DNA from: Terriglobales bacterium
GTDB lineage: Bacteria; Acidobacteriota; Terriglobia; Terriglobales; SCQP01
DNA length: 64,000 nt
Direction: 5' to 3'
Assembly: GCA_050747745.1 (NCBI GenBank)
Contig: JBOGKM010000110.1
Span: 40,587-104,586 of the forward strand
Shown: piece by piece, positions 52,418-60,949 of the stretch
Layout: the number at the start of each line of letters is the position of its first letter
How positions within the stretch are numbered: position 1 is the first letter of the stretch
Program-made: the position numbers and the translations under genes
Notes under the pieces: model-generated
Told to the model about the DNA's origin: nothing
Seen by the model: the letters and a program-made list of their open reading frames with translations, nothing else
Databases searched by the model: none

Positions 52418-53752
52418 TTGGCCGACATCGCGGTGATCGGTGGCGGGCTGGCGGGTCCGGAAGCGGCTTGGCAGGCTGCGCGCCATGGGCTGGAGGTGGA
52501 ACTGTGGGAGATGCGCCCGCGCGTGTCCACGCCCGCGCACCAGACCGGCGGGCTGGGCGAGTTGGTTTGCTCGAACTCGCTCAAGTCAGAAGCAACCGAT
52601 TCCGCTCCCTGGCTGCTCAAGCAGGAACTGCGCCGCGGCGGCTCACTGCTGCTGGCCTGCGCCGCTAGCTGCGCGGTCCCGGGCGGCCAGGCGCTCACCG
52701 TCGACCGAGTGAAATTTTCCGCGGCGATTGAAGCGGCGCTGCTTCGCGAGCCCCGGATCCATCTGCGGCGCCAGGAAGCGACGGCGCTACCACCCTCCGA
52801 TGCCGCGCAGACCATCCTCGCCACCGGGCCGCTGACCTCGCCCCCGCTGGCCGCGGCCCTGGCCTCCCTGGCTGGCCGCAAACACCTGAGCTTTTATGAC
52901 GCGATCAGCCCGATCGTCGATGCCGAAAGCCTCGACTATGACCGCATGTATCCGGGCTCGCGCTGGGATCGCGGCGGCGATGATTTCTGGAACTGCCCCT
53001 TCGATCGCGCTCAGTACGAGCGATTTTATACCGCGCTGTTGACCGCGGAAAGCTATCCCCTGCACCAGTTCGAGGACGTACACTATTTCGAGGCGTGCCT
53101 GCCGCTGGAAGAGCTGGCGCGTCGCGGAGAGGCGACGCTGCGCTTCGGCCCGATGAAACCGGTAGGATTGCGCGATCCCCGCAGCGGGCGCATTCCCTTT
53201 GCGGCGGTGCAGTTGCGGCGCGAGAACCTGCGCGCCGACAGCTTCAATCTCGTGGGCTTCCAAAACCATTTGCGCTTCGGCGCCCAAGCCGAAGTCCTAC
53301 GCCTGATTCCGGGCCTGGAGCGGGCGCGGTTTTTGCGCTACGGACAGGTCCACCGCAACAGCTATCTGGCGGCTCCGGCGGTACTGAACGAGCGCCTGCA
53401 GTTCCGGAGCGCCGGACAAATTTGGTCGGCGGGACAGTTGTGCGGGACCGAAGGCTACATCGAGGCGATCGCCACCGGATGGCTGGCCGGCCAGTTTGCC
53501 GCTGCCGCTGTCCGCGGCGAAGAGCCGGCGCCGCCGCCGCGCGCGACCGCCTTGGGCTCGCTGCTGCACTACATCACCCACGCTTCCGCCGCCACTTACG
53601 CGCCGGCCAACATCACCTTCGATCTGCTGCCGCCGCTGGATGCGCCCGAACGCGACCGCGGTCGCCGCCGCCAGTTGCAGTGCCGGCGGGCGTTGATGGC
53701 GCTAGAGAGCTGGCTGCCGCAGGTTTGCACGCCAGCGCCGGTGAACGCATGA
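52418..53752 (+). CDS. trmFO: Methylenetetrahydrofolate--tRNA-(uracil54-C5)-methyltransferase
   Basis: VIGGGLAGPEAAWQ, HQTGGLGELVCSNSLKS and GQLCGTEGYIEA. TTG start. Confidence 0.88.
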   Translation: MADIAVIGGGLAGPEAAWQAARHGLEVELWEMRPRVSTPAHQTGGLGELVCSNSLKSEATDSAPWLLKQELRRGGSLLLACAASCAVPGGQALTVDRVKFSAAIEAALLREPRIHLRRQEATALPPSDAAQTILATGPLTSPPLAAALASLAGRKHLSFYDAISPIVDAESLDYDRMYPGSRWDRGGDDFWNCPFDRAQYERFYTALLTAESYPLHQFEDVHYFEACLPLEELARRGEATLRFGPMKPVGLRDPRSGRIPFAAVQLRRENLRADSFNLVGFQNHLRFGAQAEVLRLIPGLERARFLRYGQVHRNSYLAAPAVLNERLQFRSAGQIWSAGQLCGTEGYIEAIATGWLAGQFAAAAVRGEEPAPPPRATALGSLLHYITHASAATYAPANITFDLLPPLDAPERDRGRRRQLQCRRALMALESWLPQVCTPAPVNA

Positions 53753-54675
53753 CCGTGCAAGCGGCCATCACGGATTTTCTGGAACACTACCTGGAAGGCG
53801 AGCGCAACGCCAGCCCCCACACGCGGCGCAACTACGCCGCCGATCTGCGTCAGTTCGCCTCTTTTGACGGAGCGGAGATAGCGCTGAACACCGTCGATCG
53901 CGCCTGCATCCGGCGATTTTTGGCGCAAGGCCACCGGCGCGGCGCCAGCCGCGCCACCCAGGCGCGGCATCTATCCTCGCTGCGTTCGCTGTTCCGCTAC
54001 GCGCTGCGCCAGGGCTGGATCACGGAAAACCCGGCGCGGCTGATCAGCGCACCCCGCCAGGGCAAGCACCTGCCCGGCATCCCCACCACGGATCAGGTGA
54101 ACGGCTGGCTGAATAACGGCGCCGCCGAGCGTCCGTTCCCCGAGCGCGAGCAGGCGCTGCTGGAACTGCTCTACGGCTGCGGCCTGCGGGTGAGCGAACT
54201 GACCGGACTGGAACTGGGCGATGTGGATTATACCGCGGCCCAACTGCGGGTGCTGGGCAAGGGGCGCAAGCAGCGCCTGGTGCCCTTTGGCCGCAAGGCG
54301 CGCGCCGCGCTGGAACACTACCTCGCGGTCCGCACGGCGCTGCCGCCCCAGCCTGCCACCAACCCAGCGCTGTTTTTGAACCGCCGCGGACGCCGCCTGA
54401 CCACGCGCTCGGTGGCGCGGCTGGTGAAGGCCAGCGCTCAAGCGGCCGGCCTGGGGGCGGATTTACATCCCCACGCGCTGCGCCATGCCTTCGCCTCGCA
54501 TCTGCTCAGCGAGGGCGCCGATTTGCGTGCCATCCAGGAAATGCTCGGCCATCGCAGCCTGGCCACCACCCAGCGCTACACCCGCACCGACATCCGGCAG
54601 CTCACGGAAGTCTATGATCGCGCCCACCCGTTTGAAAGTGCCTCCGCTAAACTGGAAAAGGGAGCCAAACCATGA
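53749..54675 (+). CDS. xerC: Tyrosine recombinase XerC/XerD family
   Basis: Start at ATG 53749, overlapping the trmFO stop. ELLYGCGLRVSEL, HALRHAFASHLL and LGHRSLATTQRYT (R..HxxR..Y catalytic set). Confidence 0.85.
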   Translation: MTVQAAITDFLEHYLEGERNASPHTRRNYAADLRQFASFDGAEIALNTVDRACIRRFLAQGHRRGASRATQARHLSSLRSLFRYALRQGWITENPARLISAPRQGKHLPGIPTTDQVNGWLNNGAAERPFPEREQALLELLYGCGLRVSELTGLELGDVDYTAAQLRVLGKGRKQRLVPFGRKARAALEHYLAVRTALPPQPATNPALFLNRRGRRLTTRSVARLVKASAQAAGLGADLHPHALRHAFASHLLSEGADLRAIQEMLGHRSLATTQRYTRTDIRQLTEVYDRAHPFESASAKLEKGAKP

Positions 54676-54863
54676 GCGGTTCGATTCTTTCCGTCCAGTG
54701 TCCGGAGTGTCAACGCATCTACAATATCTATCCGGGCCCGGATGACTACATGCGCTGCCTGATCACGCGCAAGTACGAGATGGAATGCGATTACTGCGAA
54801 AAAGAGCTGGAGTTCAAGGTAGTGGGCGGCTCCAAGGCGCCGTTCACCACCGGCGGCACCTAG
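54672..54863 (+). CDS. Small four-cysteine zinc-ribbon protein (hypothetical)
   Basis: 63 aa with CPEC...CDYC. Its ATG overlaps the xerC stop (ATGA). It overlaps the predicted PAP2 start by 79 nt, so one of the two starts or the ORF itself is uncertain. Confidence 0.45.
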   Translation: MSGSILSVQCPECQRIYNIYPGPDDYMRCLITRKYEMECDYCEKELEFKVVGGSKAPFTTGGT

Positions 54864-55570
54864 CCGCGCTCGCGTGCCTGCCGCTGCTGCTGGCGCCGGC
54901 AGCACCCAAAGCGCACGCCGCCTCGCCCTGGTCCTTGATCGGGCAGACGACGCGGAAATTGTGGCAGGGCACCCGGGCGCTGCCCGCGGCAGCGCTGCGC
55001 GATTGGCGGGTCACGGTGCCGGTGCTGGCGATCACCGGGCTGCTGATCACCACAGGCGACGCCAGCCTGTCCCGGAAAATCCAATCGCCGCACCTTGAAC
55101 AAGAGAGCAAACTTTGGTCCAACCGCGGCTTGCTGGACATCGAACCGGCCTTCACGCTGTTGGCTGTGGCTCACGAAGATCGCTGTCTGTTTTGTCACGC
55201 TACCGGCCACTTCGTCCTCACTGCGCTGACCACGGAAGCCTACACCACCGCCGCCGTGCAAGTACTGAAGTTCAGCGCTGGACGGGAGCGTCCCTATACG
55301 CCCGGCGATGGCGACGGCGGCTTCAACGAAGGCGGAAGTTCGTTTCCCTCGGGCCACGCCGCCGGCGCGTTCGCGATGGCCGAACTGTTGTACGAGCACG
55401 ATCCCCAGGCAGGCTGGACCAACGGCCTGGGCTTCTCGCTGGCCTCAGGCGTGGCGGCGGCGCGCTTTACCGCCAAGGAACATTTCCCTTCTGACCTGCT
55501 CGTGGGGGCGCTGCTAGGTTCGCTGCTCGGCCGCTGCACGGCCCATTGCCCGCCGGCCCCGGATCACTAA
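54785..55570 (+). CDS. PAP2-family (phosphatidic acid phosphatase type 2 / haloperoxidase) membrane protein
   Basis: PAP2 motifs KFSAGRERP, PSGH and ARFTAKEHFPSD. The start is uncertain; 54785 is the only upstream ATG. Confidence 0.7.
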   Translation: MRLLRKRAGVQGSGRLQGAVHHRRHLAALACLPLLLAPAAPKAHAASPWSLIGQTTRKLWQGTRALPAAALRDWRVTVPVLAITGLLITTGDASLSRKIQSPHLEQESKLWSNRGLLDIEPAFTLLAVAHEDRCLFCHATGHFVLTALTTEAYTTAAVQVLKFSAGRERPYTPGDGDGGFNEGGSSFPSGHAAGAFAMAELLYEHDPQAGWTNGLGFSLASGVAAARFTAKEHFPSDLLVGALLGSLLGRCTAHCPPAPDH

Positions 55571-56481
55571 CCTCCAGTGGTGCCCAGATAGTTGAGCAGG
55601 CTGGTGTTGCTGATCTGCGCCCCGGCCGACAGAATGGCCTGGCGCGCGGTTTCCGCCTGGGATAGATCGGTGATCGCGCTCGCGAGGTTGGCGCCGACCA
55701 GCGTGGTTTGCTCCTGCGTCAGGTTCATCTGCTCGTTGTTTAGAAAATTGCTTTCACTGGTGAGCTGGTCGCTGGTAGAACCGTAAAAGACGCGCTGCTG
55801 GCTCAGGGTGGTGAGGCTTTGGCCCAGCTCCGTCACGGCGGTTTGGGCGGCGCCGCTGTCGTTACTCTGCAGGGCGGTCTGCAAGTCCTGCAGCGCCTGA
55901 AAGACGCTGCCACTGCTATTTTGGAAGATCTGGCTGCCGGGCACGTTCAAAGTAACGCTGGCGCCGGGTGCGACCTCCACCTGATTGGTTTGCGTGTTGC
56001 CGCTGTATTGCACCCCGTCGGGCTGGCTGGCATCAGCAGCGTAGGGAGGGCTGCCGGTGGCTGTGCCACCGAAAATATAGGCTCCATTATAGGTGGTGTT
56101 GGCGATGCCGATCATCTCCTGCTGAATCTGTCCGATTTGCTGAGCGACATCGCTTCTCTGGGCATCGGAAAGACCACCGTTGGCCCCTTCGGTACCCACC
56201 GAGATGGCCTGGTTGAGGGTGGTCACCGCTTGCGACAGCGCGGAGTCGCCCACCTGCAGCTCGCCGTTGATGGTGTTGATATTTTGGAGATACTGGGTGG
56301 CCTGCGCCGCTTGCGACGTGTTGGCGCTGGCTAGGGCCGCCGCCACCGGATCATCCGACGGGGAGTTCACCTGCCGGCCCGTCTCCACCTCGGTGAGCGC
56401 CTGATTCTGGCTCTGCTCGGTTTGATTGAGTGCCTGCTGGAGGTTGTTATAAAGCAGCGAGTTGGTAATTCGTGCGTACAT
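55567..56481 (-). CDS. flgL: Flagellar hook-associated protein 3 (FlgL)
   Basis: Flagellin-type N-terminus RITNSLLYNN..L...Q......E..TGRQVNSPSDDPVAAA and flagellin-type C-terminal helices. It lies immediately after flgK. Confidence 0.85.
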   Translation of the reverse strand: MYARITNSLLYNNLQQALNQTEQSQNQALTEVETGRQVNSPSDDPVAAALASANTSQAAQATQYLQNINTINGELQVGDSALSQAVTTLNQAISVGTEGANGGLSDAQRSDVAQQIGQIQQEMIGIANTTYNGAYIFGGTATGSPPYAADASQPDGVQYSGNTQTNQVEVAPGASVTLNVPGSQIFQNSSGSVFQALQDLQTALQSNDSGAAQTAVTELGQSLTTLSQQRVFYGSTSDQLTSESNFLNNEQMNLTQEQTTLVGANLASAITDLSQAETARQAILSAGAQISNTSLLNYLGTTGG

Positions 56482-56484
56482 GGC

Positions 56485-57852
56485 TTACTGTCCCAGGTTG
56501 ATCGCCACGCTGGTGAGCGTGTTGATGACACTCACGACCTGGGCGGCCGCCTGATAGGCATGCTGAAACTGGGTGAGATTGATGCTCTCCTCGTCCAGGG
56601 AAACTCCGGAAACGGAGGAAATCTGGTTTTGCAACTGCGTGAGCACGGTCTGCGACGCCTGCTGTTGCGTGTCCGCGTTCTGCAGCATGGTACCGACGTT
56701 GCCGACAATGGCGGCGTAGGCGTCGTCAGGAGTGAGGCCGGCGGCATTGGCCTGGTTCTGCAGGTTGGCCATGGCGACCACGTTGGAATTGTCGCCGTTG
56801 GTTGCCGCCGTGGAACTGGCGGCGATTTTAGCCGGATCCGTAGTGGCCAGAGCCATATTGGCGGCAGCGCCGATGGGCGTAGGAGGGGTAAAGACGTTTC
56901 CACCCGCGTTGCCGTCAAGGTCGTAGCCCAGCGCGTTCTGCTGATTGATACCGGTGGCGATGGTGGTGGCGAGGGCATCGAGCTGGCTGGACAAATTGGG
57001 AAGATCGACATCGCGCGCCTGGATCAGACCCGCCAGGCTGCCGCCGGAAATCGAGGCGGTGATGTCGGTCAATCCGGAATAGACATCCTGCACCCCGCCG
57101 CTGGCCTGCGTAGTGAGGGCGACCGCCTGGTTTCCGGCCACCAATTGCTGGCCGCCAGCCGTGGTCAGGGTAATTTGCCCTTGACTGCCGGCACTCTGCG
57201 TGAAATTGATGAGCTGGGAGAGATTGTTCACCAGCGTGGACCGTTGATCTTCAAGGCCGGCGGTGCCTTGCGGCTGATTCTGCAGAGAGCCGATCTCGCC
57301 GTTCAGTTGCGCGATCTGGGTCGTGAGTGTGTTGACTTGGCTCACGTCCTGCACCACCTGTTGGTTGGCGCCACCCATCTGCTGGCTGATGGCGCTGCTG
57401 ACCTGGTTAAATGTTTGCGCCATCGTCTGTGCGGCCGAGATCACGCTCTCGCGCTGCGAACCATCGCTGGGATCGGTGGAAAGCTGCTGCAAGGCGGCGT
57501 AGAAAGCATCGATCGAGGTGCCCAGGCCGGCGCCATTGGAGGCATCGAACAGCCCCTCGACCGGCTGCAACTGCTGCTGCAGCGAGGTGAGCTGGTTTTG
57601 GTTCGAGGTCTCCTGGTTGAGCTGGATTTGCAAGACGCCAGCGCGAACGTCCTGGACCTGCTGCAGGATTACGCCGCCGCCGCCGGCAATGCCCTGGTCG
57701 GGGGAATACGGCGCCTGCTCCGCCAGCACTGCAACCCTTTGGGTGTAGCCGGGTGTATTGACGTTGGCGATATTGTTGGCGGTAACCTGTAAGCCCCCCT
57801 GCTGGGCTTGCAGCGATTGCTCCGCGATGGCCATGACGCCGCTCAATCCCAT
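56485..57852 (-). CDS. flgK: Flagellar hook-associated protein 1 (FlgK)
   Basis: N-terminal SLQAQQGGLQVTANNIANVNTPGYTQR and C-terminal EESINLTQFQHAYQAAAQV. AAGGAGGG lies upstream. Confidence 0.88.
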   Translation of the reverse strand: MGLSGVMAIAEQSLQAQQGGLQVTANNIANVNTPGYTQRVAVLAEQAPYSPDQGIAGGGGVILQQVQDVRAGVLQIQLNQETSNQNQLTSLQQQLQPVEGLFDASNGAGLGTSIDAFYAALQQLSTDPSDGSQRESVISAAQTMAQTFNQVSSAISQQMGGANQQVVQDVSQVNTLTTQIAQLNGEIGSLQNQPQGTAGLEDQRSTLVNNLSQLINFTQSAGSQGQITLTTAGGQQLVAGNQAVALTTQASGGVQDVYSGLTDITASISGGSLAGLIQARDVDLPNLSSQLDALATTIATGINQQNALGYDLDGNAGGNVFTPPTPIGAAANMALATTDPAKIAASSTAATNGDNSNVVAMANLQNQANAAGLTPDDAYAAIVGNVGTMLQNADTQQQASQTVLTQLQNQISSVSGVSLDEESINLTQFQHAYQAAAQVVSVINTLTSVAINLGQ

Positions 57853-57856
57853 AGTG

Positions 57857-58366
57857 TCAACCCTCCTTGACGTGGGGCGCGGCCCCTGCAGGCGTCTCGC
57901 CGGCAGGCGGCCGTTTGTCTCCTGTTCCCACCTGGTAGGTCGCTTCCCCGAGTGCCCATACGCGCTGAAAACAGCGCACCGAACGACTGCCGATCTCGAT
58001 CAGGGCGGATTGAATGTCCGCCAGGCGGCGCAACTCCGCGTTCATGCGGCGCAGCTCAGCGGCAGCGCGCAGCTGATCGGCGCGCCTGCCGGTGATGGAC
58101 GGCATGCGGCGGTCATGCACCACGATTTGTTGCGCCAGCGCCTCCTGGCGCTCCACGCTGTCGAGGTAGTCAGTGGCGCGAAAGGCGGCTACGGCTTGAA
58201 AGCCGGTGCGCAGCTCGGCGGATAATTGTTCCACCAGAATCCGGCGCTGCTGCAGCCATTCCCACATCCGGTTGCCTTCTTCCGGTGGGCCGTCGGACGG
58301 CAGAGACCAAGGGCGCATTACGGGTGCGCGGACGCTGTCCAGCGGTTGCGTTAGGGGGCTAGCCAT
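57857..58366 (-). CDS. flgN: FlgN-like flagellar chaperone
   Basis: A helical protein between flgM and flgK, the flgM-flgN-flgK-flgL order seen in Bacillus. ATG 58366 overlaps the flgM stop by 8 nt; ATG 58267 is an alternative start. Sequence similarity to FlgN is weak. Confidence 0.5.
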   Translation of the reverse strand: MASPLTQPLDSVRAPVMRPWSLPSDGPPEEGNRMWEWLQQRRILVEQLSAELRTGFQAVAAFRATDYLDSVERQEALAQQIVVHDRRMPSITGRRADQLRAAAELRRMNAELRRLADIQSALIEIGSRSVRCFQRVWALGEATYQVGTGDKRPPAGETPAGAAPHVKEG

Positions 58367-58682
58367 CGCCACGAGTCCCCATTCCGGTCTGCGGGTCATT
58401 CAACATCGCTTCGGCAATTTGCGATGTGTTGACCACGTAGGTACCGCCGGTAATCTGCGCGCGCAACTGTTGCACCTGCTCCTGGCGAACCTCGGGCTGC
58501 GCCAGGGCCTTGGCTGTCAATTCGACAGTCGAGGATCCCAGCTTGGCCTGGTCGCCGGAGGTGCTAGTGGCGCCGGAACCGGAGGGGACGACGGAGTTAT
58601 GGGCCGGGGTGATCCGATGCGCCTCCTCGGGCCGCTGTTGCGCGGCCAGGGAGGGATCGAGGTTGGGATTTTGGATTCTCAC
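58359..58682 (-). CDS. flgM: Anti-sigma-28 factor FlgM
   Basis: C-terminal VQQLRAQITGGTYVVNTSQIAEAML matches the FlgM sigma-28-binding helix pattern. 107 aa. The GTG start overlaps the upstream stop. Confidence 0.8.
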   Translation of the reverse strand: MRIQNPNLDPSLAAQQRPEEAHRITPAHNSVVPSGSGATSTSGDQAKLGSSTVELTAKALAQPEVRQEQVQQLRAQITGGTYVVNTSQIAEAMLNDPQTGMGTRGDG

Positions 58683-59089
58683 CGTGGCTTCTCCGTCATA
58701 GCGGACTGGCTCAGTCTCGCTACCTCCAGCTTATCGGCGTTTGTGGCTTGCGACTTTAGCAAAGTCACCTCCGCGGAAACTTTTTTTGCAGCCGCAGGCA
58801 CCGGCTGCAACTGATGCTCGATCATGGCCGCCAGGCCCAGCCCGCCGCGCTGGGCGAGAGCGCCCGACATGGCCTGCAGCCCTAGGCCTTTCAGGCTTTC
58901 GGCGCCCGGGTCGGAGAACTGCCCCTGCGAAGGCGCCAAGGGGTCGTTCTGGAACTCGCTCCAGAGGGTATCGATCAAGATACCGGCAAATTCCTTGGCC
59001 GATTTGTCCAGCTGGTATTTCTGCGCTGCCGCGGTCGGCGTGGTGACGGCGGGTGCAACCTGGTGGGCGACTGGCGCCAGTTGGCTCAT
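58679..59089 (-). CDS. Flagellar rod-binding protein (FlgJ N-terminal-domain-only type)
   Basis: 136 aa between flgI and flgM. KEFAGILIDTLWSEF resembles the Rod_binding motif. There is no glycoside hydrolase domain. Confidence 0.55.
   Translation of the reverse strand: MSQLAPVAHQVAPAVTTPTAAAQKYQLDKSAKEFAGILIDTLWSEFQNDPLAPSQGQFSDPGAESLKGLGLQAMSGALAQRGGLGLAAMIEHQLQPVPAAAKKVSAEVTLLKSQATNADKLEVARLSQSAMTEKPR
58731..58758 (-). promoter_or_regulatory. Candidate sigma-28 (FliA) promoter in front of flgM
   Basis: The minus strand reads TAAA-N16-GCCGATAA against consensus TAAA-N15-GCCGATAA. The -10 is a perfect match and ends 48 nt upstream of the flgM GTG. It is embedded in the 3' end of the preceding gene. 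Confidence 0.55.
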
Positions 59090-60249
59090 CAGATCACCTC
59101 CAGCTTGGCTTCCAGCGCACCCGCCGCTTCGATGGCGCGCAGGATACCCACGATGTCGCGCGCCGTGGCTCCGATGGATTGCAAGCCGTTGACCAAATCC
59201 TGCACAGTGGCGCCGGGCCGGAGCACCAGCTTGGCGGCTGGAGCTTCCTTGGCCGTCACAGTGGTATTGGGCACGAGCTCGGTTTGGCCCTGCGAGAACG
59301 GGCCCGGCTGGCTGGCGGTGATCGTGGTGGTGACCTCGATGGCAAGGTTGCCGTGCAGGATCGAGACCGGGCCTAATTGGACGTCACCGCCAATCACGAT
59401 CGTACCCGTGCGCTCGTCCACGACCACTCGCGCGGGCGGGGTGACAGGAACCTTGAGCGCTTCCACTTGCGCCAGAAACGCCGGAATTGCGCTCTTGCTG
59501 GCCGGCCAGGCGACATCCACGCGGCGGCTGTCAACGGCGTGCGCCGGACCGGAATTCGCGCCGCCCGAGGCAGCCCCCACGTGCAGGTTGATAGCGCTGG
59601 CAATGGCGTAGGCGGTAATGAAGCTGGGCTGGCGCAGCAACAGCGTGAGCTGCTTCAGGCTGTCGAGGCTGACGGCGGTGTCGCGCTCGACGATGCCGCC
59701 GCCGGGAATAATGCCGACGTTGGTCTGGTTGACGCGGACGTGGCTTTGGGCGTTGCCGGCGCTGTAGCCGCCAACCGTCAGCGCGCCCTGGGCCTCGACG
59801 TAGATTTCTCCATCCGGCCCGTGCAAGGCGGTGAGCAGGAGCAGACCCCCCTGCAGGCTGCGGGCATCGCCGGTGGAAGAGACTGTGACGTCAATCTGCA
59901 TGCCCGGGCGGGCAAACGGCGGCAGTTCGGCGGTGACGAACACCGCCGCCACATTGTGCACCATCATCTGTTGTTGTTGCGCGGGAGATGTCTGCACCCC
60001 CATGCGCTGCAGGATGTTGCTCAGCGTCTGAATGGTGAACATCGTCTGGCGCTGATCGCCGGTGCCGTTCAAGCCTACCACCAGCCCGTAGCCCACCAGC
60101 AGGTTGTCGCGCACTCCCGCCACCGTGGTGATGTCGCCAATCGGCACCTGCAGCTTGGTGCTGCTGCCAGGCACCGCCGCCAGCGACCCTGCGCTGAGCA
60201 GCGCGCAGGCGGCGGTCAGAAGCACGAGTTGGACGGAGCGGCGCGTCAT
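59089..60249 (-). CDS. flgI: Flagellar P-ring protein FlgI
   Basis: Signal peptide. RDNLLVGYGLVVGLNGTGD, ...NTGTIVIGGDV-like TGTIVIGGDVQLGPVS and a C-terminal LVNGLQSIGATARDIVGILRAIEAAGAL. Confidence 0.9.
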   Translation of the reverse strand: MTRRSVQLVLLTAACALLSAGSLAAVPGSSTKLQVPIGDITTVAGVRDNLLVGYGLVVGLNGTGDQRQTMFTIQTLSNILQRMGVQTSPAQQQQMMVHNVAAVFVTAELPPFARPGMQIDVTVSSTGDARSLQGGLLLLTALHGPDGEIYVEAQGALTVGGYSAGNAQSHVRVNQTNVGIIPGGGIVERDTAVSLDSLKQLTLLLRQPSFITAYAIASAINLHVGAASGGANSGPAHAVDSRRVDVAWPASKSAIPAFLAQVEALKVPVTPPARVVVDERTGTIVIGGDVQLGPVSILHGNLAIEVTTTITASQPGPFSQGQTELVPNTTVTAKEAPAAKLVLRPGATVQDLVNGLQSIGATARDIVGILRAIEAAGALEAKLEVI

Positions 60250-60250
60250 G

Positions 60251-60949
60251 TCAGAACGTCAGGAACTTCAGCAGAAAACGCAGCCAGCCGGTGACTGGCC
60301 GCGTGGTATCGCTGATCACACCTTTACCTTGCAAGTCAACTTCCAATTCGCCGACCTGGGTAGAGAGCACGGAATTATCAGGCGCGATGTCGGCCGGACG
60401 CACGACGCCATGCACGATCATGGTTTGCTGCTGACTGTTCATCTCGATGGTGCGCACTGCCTCGATCACCAGGAACCCATTGGGAAGCACGTCCACCACG
60501 CGCCCGGTGAGGCTGGTGGTGAGTTGGCTGGAGGAGGCAGTCGAGGCCTGGCCTTCCAGATCGGTTTGCGAAGTGGGCGCCAGCAGCGTAGCCAGTCGGC
60601 TCGAAGTCGAGCCAAATAGGCTGATGCCGGAATTGCCGGTGAAGCTGCGCTTGGATTGCACGGTACCGGTTCCGGCGGCCTGGGTATTCTCGATGACATT
60701 GATGGTAATCAGATCGTTGACGTGTTGCGCTTTGAAGTCGCTGGCGAGATTGATGAAGCGGCCCTGCGGCGTCCACAGGCTGCCGGTGCTGGCGGTGGTG
60801 GCGCCGGCAACCTGGCGCACGCGCGCCAGATAGGCTTGCAAGGCTTGTTGCGCCGGCGTGAGCACCGCCGGCTTGCGTTTCTGCGCTGCAAGTCCCACCC
60901 CCAGCACGGCCAGCAGCGCCAGCAGCAATGACCGCCTAGCGCCCGCCAT
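60251..60949 (-). CDS. flgH: Flagellar L-ring protein FlgH
   Basis: GSLWTPQGR...LASDFKAQHVNDLITINVIENT and LTGRVVDVLPNGFLVIEA, the FlgH core. No Cys anywhere in the protein. Confidence 0.85.
   Translation of the reverse strand: MAGARRSLLLALLAVLGVGLAAQKRKPAVLTPAQQALQAYLARVRQVAGATTASTGSLWTPQGRFINLASDFKAQHVNDLITINVIENTQAAGTGTVQSKRSFTGNSGISLFGSTSSRLATLLAPTSQTDLEGQASTASSSQLTTSLTGRVVDVLPNGFLVIEAVRTIEMNSQQQTMIVHGVVRPADIAPDNSVLSTQVGELEVDLQGKGVISDTTRPVTGWLRFLLKFLTF

Noticed and set aside
53749-54675. The tyrosine recombinase as a marker of an integrated mobile element
   Set aside because: It is translationally coupled to trmFO, the housekeeping trmFO-xerC arrangement. I saw no flanking direct repeats, tRNA gene, phage gene or transposase gene, and the composition matches the surroundings.
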